This document shows positions 26,287-35,923 of a stretch of DNA of 64,000 nt, piece by piece. How positions within the stretch are numbered: the first letter of the stretch is position 1; each line of letters starts with the position of its first letter. The position numbers were made by a program, and so were the translations under genes. The notes under the pieces are model-generated. The model worked only from the letters and a program-made list of their open reading frames with translations. It was not told where the DNA came from and did no database searches. The DNA lies in the NCBI GenBank assembly GCA_049320885.1, contig JBMORA010000038.1, forward strand, positions 34,233-98,232, read 5' to 3'. Source of the DNA: Thermodesulfobacteriota bacterium. GTDB taxonomy: Bacteria; Desulfobacterota; Desulfobacteria; Desulfobacterales; SURF-7.

Positions 26287-28050
26287 ATGTACATTCCCCC
26301 CATCGGCAAGCAACAGAAGGGCATCCCCACCTCACCCTGGATCATTCTGGGGGCGGTGGCGATTCTCTTCGTCATCCTGATGGCCCTGGCTGTCCGAAAC
26401 ACCAATCGGGAAAGGGCGTATGTGAGTCGCATCCTGATGGAGAAGGGAGCGGCTCTGATCCGTTCCTTTGAAGCCGGCGCCAGGACCGGGATGATGCGCA
26501 TGCAATGGGGCGAGCCGAAAATCCAGATGCTGCTGGAAGAGACCGCCCGGCAGTCCGATATTGTCTATCTGGTGATTACGGATGCGGATGGAACCATTCT
26601 GGCGCATAACGATCCGGGAAAAATCGGCCGGCGGCTTTTCTCCCGCCCGGAACTTGCGTCCATCACCCCGGGGGATCATGAAAAATGGCGGCTTGCCGGG
26701 GGCGGCGCCGCCAGGGCCTTTGAAGTATACCGCTATTTCCGTCCCATGTGCCGGCCCATGCGCTGGTTCCATGGAAAAGAAGGGTTTCCGGGGAGTCATA
26801 AGGGGCTGCGGGAAGGCGCCTGGTGCCTGCCTCCCCGGGGAGGGGGCGGCGATCGCATTATTTTTGTGGGATTGGATATTTCTTTTTATGAGGAGGCGCG
26901 GCGGGAGGATTTGCGCAACACCGTGCTGATTTCCGGAGTCCTCCTGGCCCTGGGTTTCGGTGGGTTTCTGTCGCTGTTTTGGGCGCATAACTACCGGCTG
27001 GCGCGGCGCTCCCTGCAGGATACCAGCGCTTTCGCCAACGAACTGGTGAGCCATCTGCCCGTGGGGCTTGTCGCCGTCGGTCCGGACGGCAGGATCGCGT
27101 TTCTCAACACGGCGGCGGAAAGCATCATGGCCTGCAAGTCGGAGGCCATGGCGGGTCGGGACCCGGACACGGTCTTTCCCGGGGTGTGGCGGGAAATCCA
27201 GAAGGAATCGGATCAGGGGCGGGATTTCCCGGAACGGGAAACCGTATGTCGTTTCGGCGGCGACGATCCGGTTCCCCTGGGCATCAGCGCTTCCAGAATC
27301 GTCAATGATGACGGCTTGTTCATCGGTATGATCCTGATTCTGCGCGATCTCGGTGAGGTCCGCCGGCTTCAGGAGGAAATCCGCCGCCAGGAAAAACTGG
27401 CGGCCGTGGGCCATCTGGCGGCCGGGATCGCCCATGAAATCCGCAATCCGCTGAGTTCCATCAAGGGCCTGGCCACTTATTTCGGCGGGAAGTTCGCCGA
27501 AGGCAGCGATGACCACCGGACCGCGGAAGTCATGGTGCGGGAGGTGGAGCGCCTGAACCGCGTCATCAGCCAGCTGCTGGAGTTCGCCCGACCGGCGGAT
27601 TTGAAGCGCAGACCCACGGATCTCAACGCCGTCGTGGAGCACGCCCTGCAATTGGTTGGCGGCGATGTGCAAGCCCGGGGCGTTTCCGTGCAATGGCGGC
27701 CGGACAAAAGCCTGGCCTCGGTTTCATTGGATCCCGACCGTCTTTCCCAATGCCTGTTGAATCTTTTCCTGAACGCCATCCAGGCCATGGAAGCGGGCGG
27801 GGTGCTGTCCGTTGCCGTCAGCGGACGAGGCAACCGGGAAATCGTGCTGGAGGTGGCGGACAGCGGCCACGGGATTTCCCGGCAGGACCTGCCCAGGATT
27901 TTCGATCCGTATTTCACCACCAAGCCGTCGGGCACCGGCCTGGGACTGGCCATCGTCCATAAAATCATCGAGGCTCATCAGGGCAGGGTTCAGGTGCACA
28001 GCACGGAAGGTGCCGGAACCGTAATTCGTCTGATGATCCCATATGCGTGA
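26287..28050 (+). CDS. ZraS-like PAS sensor histidine kinase
   Basis: 2 TM, LIRSFEAGARTG, PAS, AHEIRNPL, NAIQA, FDPYFTTK..GTGLGL. Confidence 0.92.
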   Translation: MYIPPIGKQQKGIPTSPWIILGAVAILFVILMALAVRNTNRERAYVSRILMEKGAALIRSFEAGARTGMMRMQWGEPKIQMLLEETARQSDIVYLVITDADGTILAHNDPGKIGRRLFSRPELASITPGDHEKWRLAGGGAARAFEVYRYFRPMCRPMRWFHGKEGFPGSHKGLREGAWCLPPRGGGGDRIIFVGLDISFYEEARREDLRNTVLISGVLLALGFGGFLSLFWAHNYRLARRSLQDTSAFANELVSHLPVGLVAVGPDGRIAFLNTAAESIMACKSEAMAGRDPDTVFPGVWREIQKESDQGRDFPERETVCRFGGDDPVPLGISASRIVNDDGLFIGMILILRDLGEVRRLQEEIRRQEKLAAVGHLAAGIAHEIRNPLSSIKGLATYFGGKFAEGSDDHRTAEVMVREVERLNRVISQLLEFARPADLKRRPTDLNAVVEHALQLVGGDVQARGVSVQWRPDKSLASVSLDPDRLSQCLLNLFLNAIQAMEAGGVLSVAVSGRGNREIVLEVADSGHGISRQDLPRIFDPYFTTKPSGTGLGLAIVHKIIEAHQGRVQVHSTEGAGTVIRLMIPYA

Positions 28051-28060
28051 AGGCGGTTGT

Positions 28061-29437
28061 ATGAAACCGGAAAAACCGTTTGCCATTCTGATCGTCGAAG
28101 ATGACCCCGGTCATTTGACCATGCTGAAAACCATTCTGCAAAGCTGGGGGTATGCGGCGGCGGCCGCCACCGGCGGCAAGGAAGCCGTATCCCTGGTGAA
28201 GGCGCAGTCATTTGATCTCATCTTGATGGATGTGCGCATGCCCGACATGAACGGCATCGAAGCCCTGCGGCAAATCCGCGGCTATAATCCGGCGATCCCC
28301 GTGCTGATCATGACTGCCTATTCCTCGGTGGAGTCGGCGGTTGCGGCCCTGAAGGCCGGGGCCTATGATTATCTGACCAAGCCTTTGGATTTCGAGGCCT
28401 TGAAGCACGGCATCGAACGGGTGCGCGACCATGTAAACCTGCGGGAGGAGAATCGCCTTCTCAAGGAAAAACTGCGGCAGGGGTTCGATCCAGCCTTCAT
28501 CATCGGAAAAAGCCGGGCCATGCGGGAACTGATGGACATGGCGGCCATGATCGCTCCTTCCGACGCCACGGTCCTGATCACCGGCGGCAGCGGAACCGGC
28601 AAGGAATTGATCGCCAGAGCCATTCATCAAAATTCCGGCCGCCGGGACATGGTCCTGGTGACGGTCAACTGTGCCGCCATCAGCGAGTCCCTGCTGGAGT
28701 CGGAGCTGTTCGGACATGAAAAAGGCGCTTTCACCGGCGCCGACCGCTTTCGGGAAGGGCGTTTTGCCCAGGCCCATCAGGGCAGCCTGTTTTTAGACGA
28801 AATCGGCGAGATGCCGGTCACGATGCAGGCCAAGCTGCTGCGGGCCCTTCAGGAGGGCGAGATCCAGCGGGTGGGCAGTGACAAAATCCTCAAGGTGGAT
28901 GTGCGCATCATCGCCGCCACCAACCAGAATCTGGCCAGGGAAGTGGAGACTGGACGGTTCCGGGAGGATCTATACTACCGGCTGAACGTGGTCAACCTCA
29001 CGGTTCCGGATTTGCGGGACCGGATCGAGGATATCCCCCTGCTGGCCCAGCATTTCCTTTCCCGCTACGCCGATAAGAACCGCAAGCGCATTCAGGGCTT
29101 TTCTCCCCTGGCCATGGATATGCTGCTCAAGTATCCCTGGCCGGGAAACGTGCGTGAACTGGAGAACGCCGTGGAACGGGCCGTGATTCTCCTGACCGGC
29201 GACTATGTCACGGAAAGGGAACTCCCTGCGGCCATCGTCGCCGCCCATGCGGCCGGGCAACCGGATGGGCCGGCCCTGCCGGATTCCGCCGGGGAACAGA
29301 CCCTGGAGGCCATTGAAAAGGAGGCGATTCTGAAGGCCCTGGCCGCCGCCGCCGGCAACAAGAGCGAAACCGCCCGCCGGCTGGGGATCAACCGCAAGAC
29401 ACTGCATCAGAAGCTGAAAAAATACGAGGTGGAATGA
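28061..29437 (+). CDS. ZraR-like sigma54-dependent response regulator
   Basis: REC domain, GGSGTGKE, GAFTGA, WPGNVREL, Fis HTH; alternative start at 28043. Confidence 0.93.
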   Translation: MKPEKPFAILIVEDDPGHLTMLKTILQSWGYAAAAATGGKEAVSLVKAQSFDLILMDVRMPDMNGIEALRQIRGYNPAIPVLIMTAYSSVESAVAALKAGAYDYLTKPLDFEALKHGIERVRDHVNLREENRLLKEKLRQGFDPAFIIGKSRAMRELMDMAAMIAPSDATVLITGGSGTGKELIARAIHQNSGRRDMVLVTVNCAAISESLLESELFGHEKGAFTGADRFREGRFAQAHQGSLFLDEIGEMPVTMQAKLLRALQEGEIQRVGSDKILKVDVRIIAATNQNLAREVETGRFREDLYYRLNVVNLTVPDLRDRIEDIPLLAQHFLSRYADKNRKRIQGFSPLAMDMLLKYPWPGNVRELENAVERAVILLTGDYVTERELPAAIVAAHAAGQPDGPALPDSAGEQTLEAIEKEAILKALAAAAGNKSETARRLGINRKTLHQKLKKYEVE

Positions 29438-29444
29438 GCCGGTT

Positions 29445-29969
29445 TCAGGCGGCCAGCCATTTGCGGACGGCGGGGATGGTTGTTTTTTGCCAGTCCGGGG
29501 AGATCCGCAGCCGGATGAAACGGCTGAAGAGTTCATGAACCACGGCCGTCGCCTTTTCATAGAGATAGATTTTGTCCAGCACGGCGGCTTCGATGTCTTC
29601 CTTGCTTTCCATGGGGCCGGTTTCCGGCAGCTTCACGCTGGAAAGATTCAGGCTTTCCCCTTTCAGGGAAAACATCCAGGTCATCTCGTTTTCCTTGTAC
29701 TGCAGATGCATTTCCGTCACCAGGGCGCCTTTCCGCAGGGCCAGGATGCCTTCCTCCAGACCTGCGTCGTCGCCTTTGATGGTGATCTTTTCCACGATGT
29801 TTTCGATGCCTTTTTCCATGACGAGCCGGTTGCCGATGCGGATTTCCCGGTTTTCGTCCGGCGAGGCGAACAGCCGGGCCGGTTCGTTGTCGATCATGAA
29901 CCAGAGCCAGGTCAGAAATTCATTTCCGATGAATTTATAGCGGTTGTAAGCGACCGAAATATCGAGCAT
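29445..29969 (-). CDS. RdgC-related hypothetical protein
   Basis: FIGNEFLTWLWF...ALRKGALV...F.R.R.S..W, a family seen paired with RdgC-like genes in deltaproteobacteria. Confidence 0.6.
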   Translation of the reverse strand: MLDISVAYNRYKFIGNEFLTWLWFMIDNEPARLFASPDENREIRIGNRLVMEKGIENIVEKITIKGDDAGLEEGILALRKGALVTEMHLQYKENEMTWMFSLKGESLNLSSVKLPETGPMESKEDIEAAVLDKIYLYEKATAVVHELFSRFIRLRISPDWQKTTIPAVRKWLAA

Positions 29970-29973
29970 AATT

Positions 29974-30594
29974 TCACTCCGTAAAGAAGGTGGCGGAAAG
30001 GCCATCCAGTTGATCCACTTTTTCCTCAGGAATGCCGGTGCCCCCGCACACTGCGGTGGTATAGGGAAAGAGACGGATCAGGTGGAGGTTGAAGGCTTTG
30101 GTAAACAGGGTTTCCAACTCCTCGTTGGCGGCTTTCAGATTCGAAAAAAACCACAGGGTTTTTTTTTCATAATCCCAGACCACATCGTAGACATTCGGGG
30201 TGGAAGGGATCCGTTTGGCCAGCATCAGGAGCACGTCCTCCTTGACGGTCTTTTTTTCATTTTTCGACAGATACTCTCGTTTGCTTTCCGCCAGTCTTTT
30301 ATTGATTTCCCGGGTGACATGCTTTTTGACGATCCGGGCGGAAATGTTCTTTTTATCGATGCGCAGGCTGAAAACAAAATAGCTCCCGAAGAGCCAGGTA
30401 TCCTTATCGAAGTCGGTCTGATAGGGCTGTTCCAGGCTGGCCCAGCCGGAAATCTTGTCAACGGCCTCCTCGTCATCAAGTTTGGAGATGGCGAATTGTT
30501 TCAAGCCGCTTCGAACCGTTTCGATGGTCGGCCCGCTGATTTCACCTTTTACATGATACCGTGTGATGGACACACTGGATGACAACAATCCCAT
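29974..30594 (-). CDS. Recombination-associated protein RdgC-like
   Basis: MGLLSSSVSITRY, SGW, FSLRIDKKNI, LSKNEKKTVKE, FTKAF. Confidence 0.72.
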   Translation of the reverse strand: MGLLSSSVSITRYHVKGEISGPTIETVRSGLKQFAISKLDDEEAVDKISGWASLEQPYQTDFDKDTWLFGSYFVFSLRIDKKNISARIVKKHVTREINKRLAESKREYLSKNEKKTVKEDVLLMLAKRIPSTPNVYDVVWDYEKKTLWFFSNLKAANEELETLFTKAFNLHLIRLFPYTTAVCGGTGIPEEKVDQLDGLSATFFTE

Positions 30595-30695
30595 GATCCG
30601 GCTCCTTAAGATGACGGTTGACGGCGACGCCGTAAGCATATAGCTTGTTTGACCGAGGGTGACAAGCGGATAAAATCGACAATGCGGAAAAAGCC

Positions 30696-33600
30696 ATGCG
30701 CTTCCTAGCGGATTTTCATGTACATTCAAAATATTCGCGGGCAACCGCCCCGGATCTCGATTTTGAGCATCTGTATCTGGCGGCCCGGCGGAAAGGCATT
30801 CAGGTGGTCGGCACCGGGGATTGCACCCACCCGGGCTGGTTTGCCGAGATAACGGAAAAACTGGTACCGGCGGAACCGGGCTTGTTCAAGCTGAAGGACG
30901 AGATCGAGTCCGCCTGCAACCGGTTATTCCTGCCGGCCGGGGATGGGCCTGTCCGCTTTTTGCTCACCGCCGAAATCAGCAACATCTATAAAAAAGACCA
31001 GAAGACCCGTAAAAATCACAACCTGGTGTTTCTGCCGGATCTGGAGAGCGCCCGGGCATTCAATCGAAAACTGGAGGACATCGGCAACATCCGCTCCGAC
31101 GGCAGGCCGATCCTGGGGCTCGATGCGCGGAATCTGCTTGAAATTTTGCTGGAAACCAGTAAAGAGGCCTTTTTGGTTCCGGCCCATATCTGGACGCCCT
31201 GGTTTTCGCTCCTGGGATCCAAATCCGGTTTCGATTCATTGGAGGAGTGTTTCGGGGACCTGTCCGCCGAGATTTTTGCCGCCGAGACCGGCCTATCTTC
31301 GGATCCGCCCATGAACTGGCGGGTGTCGAATCTGGACCGGTTGACGCTGATTTCCAACTCCGACGCCCATTCCCCCTCCAAACTGGGCCGGGAGGCGAAT
31401 ATTTTCGACACGGAGCTGAGTTTTCCGGCGATCCGCGCCGCCCTGCGGACCGGCGATCCGCGCTGTTTTCTCGGAACCTATGAATTTTACCCGGAGGAAG
31501 GCAAGTATCATCTGGATGGTCACCGCAAATGCCGGGTGAGGCTGCGGCCGGATGAAACCAGAAAGCACCGGGGTATCTGCCCGGTATGCGGCAAGACCCT
31601 GACCCATGGCGTGCTGTACCGGGTCGAAGAGCTGGCGGATCGTCCGCCGGGAGCTGCGAAAAGCACCCGCCATCCCTACTACAGCACCTTGCCGCTCCTG
31701 GAGATCCTGGCCGACATCTTTCAGGTGGGCGCCCAGGCCCAAAAGGTTCAGCAGGTGTATCGGGACGCTTTGCAGAAACTGGGGCCGGAACTGGATATTC
31801 TTCACCGTCTGCCCCTTGCAACCATCGGGGAGGCCAGGATTCCCCTGCTTGCGGAGGCGATTCAGCGGATGCGGGAAAACCGGATCCGGATGCTTCCGGG
31901 ATATGACGGGGAATACGGAAAACTGGTCCTGTTCCTGGATGAGGAGCGAGACCTGCTCAAGGGGCAGAAGGGCCTTTTCCGGATGGGCCGGCCGGAAATG
32001 GAAGAAACCGCGCCGGCTGCTCCGGAGATCAGGGAGCGGATTGCGGAAAAGGCGAAGCCGGTCGACGGCATGCATGGTTCCGATGGAGACAAGCCGTCAT
32101 TCAGGGACGGAACCGGCATCGCCGCTTTTGGAAAACTCAACATCGACCAGCAGCGGGCTGTCAAGCATCCGGATACGCCCCTGTTGATCGTCGCCGGTCC
32201 GGGTACGGGAAAAACATTGACCCTCACCCACCGGATCGCCTACCTGATCACCAGAAAAAACGTGGCTCCGGAAACCATTCTGGCCGTGACGTTCACCAAC
32301 AAGGCGGCCCGGGAAATGTCGGACCGTCTCAAGGCCCTGCTGCGGGACGGGGTGTCCCCGCCCCTGACCGCCACGTTCCATGCCTTCTGCCTTCAGTTGT
32401 TGACGGAATCGAAACACCAGATCCGGCATGGCATTGCCGACGACTCCGACCGGAATGATATCACGGCCGAGGCCTTGCGGCTGGTGCGCGTCGAGGACCC
32501 CCACACACCGGGCGACACACCGGATTTCGTCGAGATGATCGTCGCCGCCAAGCAGCGCATCATCGGGCCCCAGGACAATCTGGAAAACATTCCCCTGAAA
32601 GCCGGCTGCAAAGTCGGCCACTTCCGGGCCGTCTACCGTGCATATCAGGAGTTGCTTTCCATTCAAGGGGTTTATGATTTCGAAGATTTGATTTTTGAAG
32701 CGGTCCGGCTGCTGGAACAGGACGAAACCGTCCGGGAACGATACCGGCGGCGATTTCCCTACCTGTTCGTCGATGAATATCAGGATTTGAACCACGGACA
32801 ATACCGGATTGTCCGGGCCTTGGCCCCCGAGGATGCCCCCGTCTGCGTCATCGGTGATCCGGATCAGTCCATTTACGGTTTCCGGGGATCGGATGTCGGC
32901 TATTTCAACCGGTTTGTCAGCGACTATCCCACGGCGGAAGTGATTCATCTGTGTAAAAACTATCGATCCACCGAAACCATCCTGGAAGCGTCCCACCAGG
33001 TGATCAAGGAACAGCATGTATCGATTTCCGGCTCCCGGACCCATTCCGACATCAGCGGCGGAAAAACCATCGGGATCATCGAAGCCGCCTCGGATAAGGC
33101 GGAAGCCGTGGCGGTGGGGAAAATCATCGAGCAACTGGTGGGCGGCACGGGCTTCCATTCCATGGATTTCGGCAACCTGGAAGGTGGGGACCTTCCTCAG
33201 CACATGGGCTTCAAGGACATCGCCGTGCTGTTCCGGACCCATTCCCAGATCGCGGTATTCGCGGAACTCTTCGGCAAGGCCGGAATTCCCTATCAGGCCG
33301 TGGGCAAGGAGAATCTGTATGCCCGCAGAGGCATCCGGGAATTGATTTCCTTCCAGAAAATCATCAGCGGAACAGGGCTATATCCCGATTTGACCCGCAG
33401 CATCCGGATACTGGGAGCGGGAATCGGGAAACCGACCTGTGACCGGTTCATTTCCTGGTGCGCCCAAAACCGTTTTACCGTCGAAGAAGCCTTTGTCAAT
33501 GCCGTTCGGTTCCCGGTAGCCGGCCTCAGCAACCGCCAGCAGATGAAAATCGTGGACTTTTTTCAATTCGCGACCGATGTGAAAAACCGACTCAAAGACC

Positions 33601-34133
33601 GGCGACCGGCGGAACGGCTGGCCTATCTGGGGGAGCAGGTCGGTCCTCTCAAGGCGGCGATGGAAACGGAACCCGGGAATGGGGAGGTTTTCCAGCGGCT
33701 GCTCCTGCGCGCCGAACAACTCGATTCCGATCCGGAATGGTTTGCCCATATCGCGCTTCAGACCGATACGGACACATACGCGGCCAACAGCGAACGGGTG
33801 GCCCTGATCACCATGCACGCGGCCAAGGGACTGGAATTTCCGGTCGTCTTTCTGGCCGGTTGTGAAAAAGGATTCCTGCCGTTTGAAAAACCGGGCGAGG
33901 TGTCGGATGCGGCCGAGGAAAAACGGCTGTTTTATGTGGCCATGACCCGGGCCAGGGAGTTGCTGTTTATCACCCATGCCGGGACAAGACGCGTATTCGG
34001 CCAATGGCTTCGTCGCGAACCGTCGCCGTTTCTGGCCGATATTGAACCGGAATTGCTCTGCCGCAAGAAACCGGCGGTGAAAAAACAGGCAGATGACAAG
34101 GATAAACAGGTCCAGCTGGAGCTCTTTTCATAG
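30696..34133 (+). CDS. Endonuclease Q-like PHP domain fused to a UvrD/PcrA helicase
   Basis: DFHVHSKYSRAT, GTGDCTHP, PAHIWTPW, SNSDAHS, GKYHLDGHRKC..CPVCG; AGPGTGKT, VDEYQD, TMHAAKGLEF, RLFYVAMTRA. Confidence 0.92.
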   Translation: MRFLADFHVHSKYSRATAPDLDFEHLYLAARRKGIQVVGTGDCTHPGWFAEITEKLVPAEPGLFKLKDEIESACNRLFLPAGDGPVRFLLTAEISNIYKKDQKTRKNHNLVFLPDLESARAFNRKLEDIGNIRSDGRPILGLDARNLLEILLETSKEAFLVPAHIWTPWFSLLGSKSGFDSLEECFGDLSAEIFAAETGLSSDPPMNWRVSNLDRLTLISNSDAHSPSKLGREANIFDTELSFPAIRAALRTGDPRCFLGTYEFYPEEGKYHLDGHRKCRVRLRPDETRKHRGICPVCGKTLTHGVLYRVEELADRPPGAAKSTRHPYYSTLPLLEILADIFQVGAQAQKVQQVYRDALQKLGPELDILHRLPLATIGEARIPLLAEAIQRMRENRIRMLPGYDGEYGKLVLFLDEERDLLKGQKGLFRMGRPEMEETAPAAPEIRERIAEKAKPVDGMHGSDGDKPSFRDGTGIAAFGKLNIDQQRAVKHPDTPLLIVAGPGTGKTLTLTHRIAYLITRKNVAPETILAVTFTNKAAREMSDRLKALLRDGVSPPLTATFHAFCLQLLTESKHQIRHGIADDSDRNDITAEALRLVRVEDPHTPGDTPDFVEMIVAAKQRIIGPQDNLENIPLKAGCKVGHFRAVYRAYQELLSIQGVYDFEDLIFEAVRLLEQDETVRERYRRRFPYLFVDEYQDLNHGQYRIVRALAPEDAPVCVIGDPDQSIYGFRGSDVGYFNRFVSDYPTAEVIHLCKNYRSTETILEASHQVIKEQHVSISGSRTHSDISGGKTIGIIEAASDKAEAVAVGKIIEQLVGGTGFHSMDFGNLEGGDLPQHMGFKDIAVLFRTHSQIAVFAELFGKAGIPYQAVGKENLYARRGIRELISFQKIISGTGLYPDLTRSIRILGAGIGKPTCDRFISWCAQNRFTVEEAFVNAVRFPVAGLSNRQQMKIVDFFQFATDVKNRLKDRRPAERLAYLGEQVGPLKAAMETEPGNGEVFQRLLLRAEQLDSDPEWFAHIALQTDTDTYAANSERVALITMHAAKGLEFPVVFLAGCEKGFLPFEKPGEVSDAAEEKRLFYVAMTRARELLFITHAGTRRVFGQWLRREPSPFLADIEPELLCRKKPAVKKQADDKDKQVQLELFS

Positions 34134-34272
34134 AAAATGCTGGAAAAGGTACGGGAATTATACTAAAATAGGTTTTCACGGTTCCACGGCCGATCGGTGA
34201 GGCCGAATTTCGGACCGGTTCTTGCGGAATAACGGCAGGTACATTCCTATGGGTTCGAAGCGACATTTGGTG

Positions 34273-34860
34273 ATGAAGATCGGTATGAAAAGTCTGGTGT
34301 GGATGCTGCTGGCGTGGGTGCTTTTCCGGGCGGTTCCCGTCCGGGCCGACATCTACCGGTATATCGACGCCAACGGTGTTTCCCATTTCACCAATGTGCC
34401 GGTGTCATCCGGCTACGAGATCTTCATCAAGGAGGAGCCGGCGGAAGAAGAAACGGTGGACGATTATTATTCCACGGACAAATACGATCATTTGATTCTC
34501 CAGGCCTCCCGCAGGCATGGTCTTGATTTTTCCTTGATCAAGGCGCTGATCAAGGTCGAATCCAATTTCAATCCCCGGGCGATTTCCAAGAAAGGCGCCA
34601 AGGGTCTGATGCAGATCATGCCGGTGAACTTCGACACCTTGAACATTTCCGATCCCTTCAGTCCCTGGGAAAACATCATGGGCGGGACGCATTACCTGAA
34701 ATCCATGCTGACACGGTTTGACGGCAAGCTGCCCCTGGCGCTGGCGGCTTATAACGCCGGTCCCGCAGCCGTGGATTTGTATAAGCGGATTCCCCCGTAT
34801 CCGGAGACCGAGGACTATGTCCGCAAGGTCATGAACTATTATCACGCCATGAACCAATGA
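34273..34860 (+). CDS. Lytic transglycosylase (SLT) with N-terminal DUF4124
   Basis: ADIYRYIDANGVSHFTN; IKVESNF, GAKGLMQ, AAYNAG, ETEDYV; start uncertain. Confidence 0.9.
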   Translation: MKIGMKSLVWMLLAWVLFRAVPVRADIYRYIDANGVSHFTNVPVSSGYEIFIKEEPAEEETVDDYYSTDKYDHLILQASRRHGLDFSLIKALIKVESNFNPRAISKKGAKGLMQIMPVNFDTLNISDPFSPWENIMGGTHYLKSMLTRFDGKLPLALAAYNAGPAAVDLYKRIPPYPETEDYVRKVMNYYHAMNQ

Positions 34861-34903
34861 ACAATTTCAGCCCGATGGATCCGGCAACAAGAAGGGAGTC
34901 CCG

Positions 34904-35899
34904 ATGATCGTCGTCAGAACACCGCTGCGCATCAGTTTTGTGGGAGGCGGATCGGATATGCGCGGCTTTTACAACCGGCATGAAGGCGAGGTGGTCTGTA
35001 CCGCCATTGACAAATTCGTTTACGCCATCGTCAAGGAACGCTTTGACGACATGATCTATATCAATTATTCCCGCAAGGAATGCGTCAGCCGGATTTCCGA
35101 GATCGAGCACGACCTGGTGCGGGAGGCCATGAAAATCACCGGTGTGGAAAAGGGGGTCGAGATCACGACCCTGGCGGATATTCCCTCTTCCGGTTCCGGA
35201 CTGGGGAGCTCCAGTTCCATCACCGTGGCCCTGCTGCACGCCCTGTACACTTACCAGAACGAGCTGGTGACCGCCGAGCAGCTGGCCCGGGAGGCCTGCC
35301 ATATTGAAATCGACATCCTGGGAAAACCCATCGGCCGCCAGGACCAATATGCCGCGGCCTACGGGGGCGTCAACCGATTCAAATTCCAGGCGGGGGATGT
35401 CACGGAAAGAATTCCGCAGAAACTGGATCATGCCGCTTTCCGGAAATTCTCCGCCTCCCTGCTGCTGTATTTCACCGGCATCACCCGGAAGGCGGATGAC
35501 ATCCTCTCCCGCCAGCAAGCCGGCCTGGAGGAAGTCGACAAATTCGATATCATGAAAAAAATGGTCGCCCTGGTGGAACCCTTTTCCCGGGCCATGGCCG
35601 CGAGCGATATCCATGCCTGCGGCCTGCTGCTGGATCGCAACTGGCGTCTGAAACGGCAAATGGCCGCCGGCATCAGCAACGACCGGATCGACGAGATGTA
35701 TGAAACTGCGAAAAAAGCCGGTGCCCTGGCCGGTAAAATCGCGGGGGCGGGGGGCGGGGGGTTTTTGTTGCTGATCGTTCCCCGGGAAAACCAGAACGCG
35801 GTATTTGAGGCATTGAGGGACTTTCGTGAACTGCCGTTCATGATGGAGGAAAGCGGCAGCAAGGTGATTTTCGATGACCGAACCTATTCCAGCAAATAA
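34904..35899 (+). CDS. hddA: GHMP kinase, D-glycero-alpha-D-manno-heptose-7-phosphate kinase-like
   Basis: RTPLRISFVGGGSD, GSGLGSSS, GRQDQY, GKIAGAGGGGF. Confidence 0.82.
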   Translation: MIVVRTPLRISFVGGGSDMRGFYNRHEGEVVCTAIDKFVYAIVKERFDDMIYINYSRKECVSRISEIEHDLVREAMKITGVEKGVEITTLADIPSSGSGLGSSSSITVALLHALYTYQNELVTAEQLAREACHIEIDILGKPIGRQDQYAAAYGGVNRFKFQAGDVTERIPQKLDHAAFRKFSASLLLYFTGITRKADDILSRQQAGLEEVDKFDIMKKMVALVEPFSRAMAASDIHACGLLLDRNWRLKRQMAAGISNDRIDEMYETAKKAGALAGKIAGAGGGGFLLLIVPRENQNAVFEALRDFRELPFMMEESGSKVIFDDRTYSSK

Positions 35900-35923
35900 C
35901 CTATACGGATCGAGGGCGGCGGC

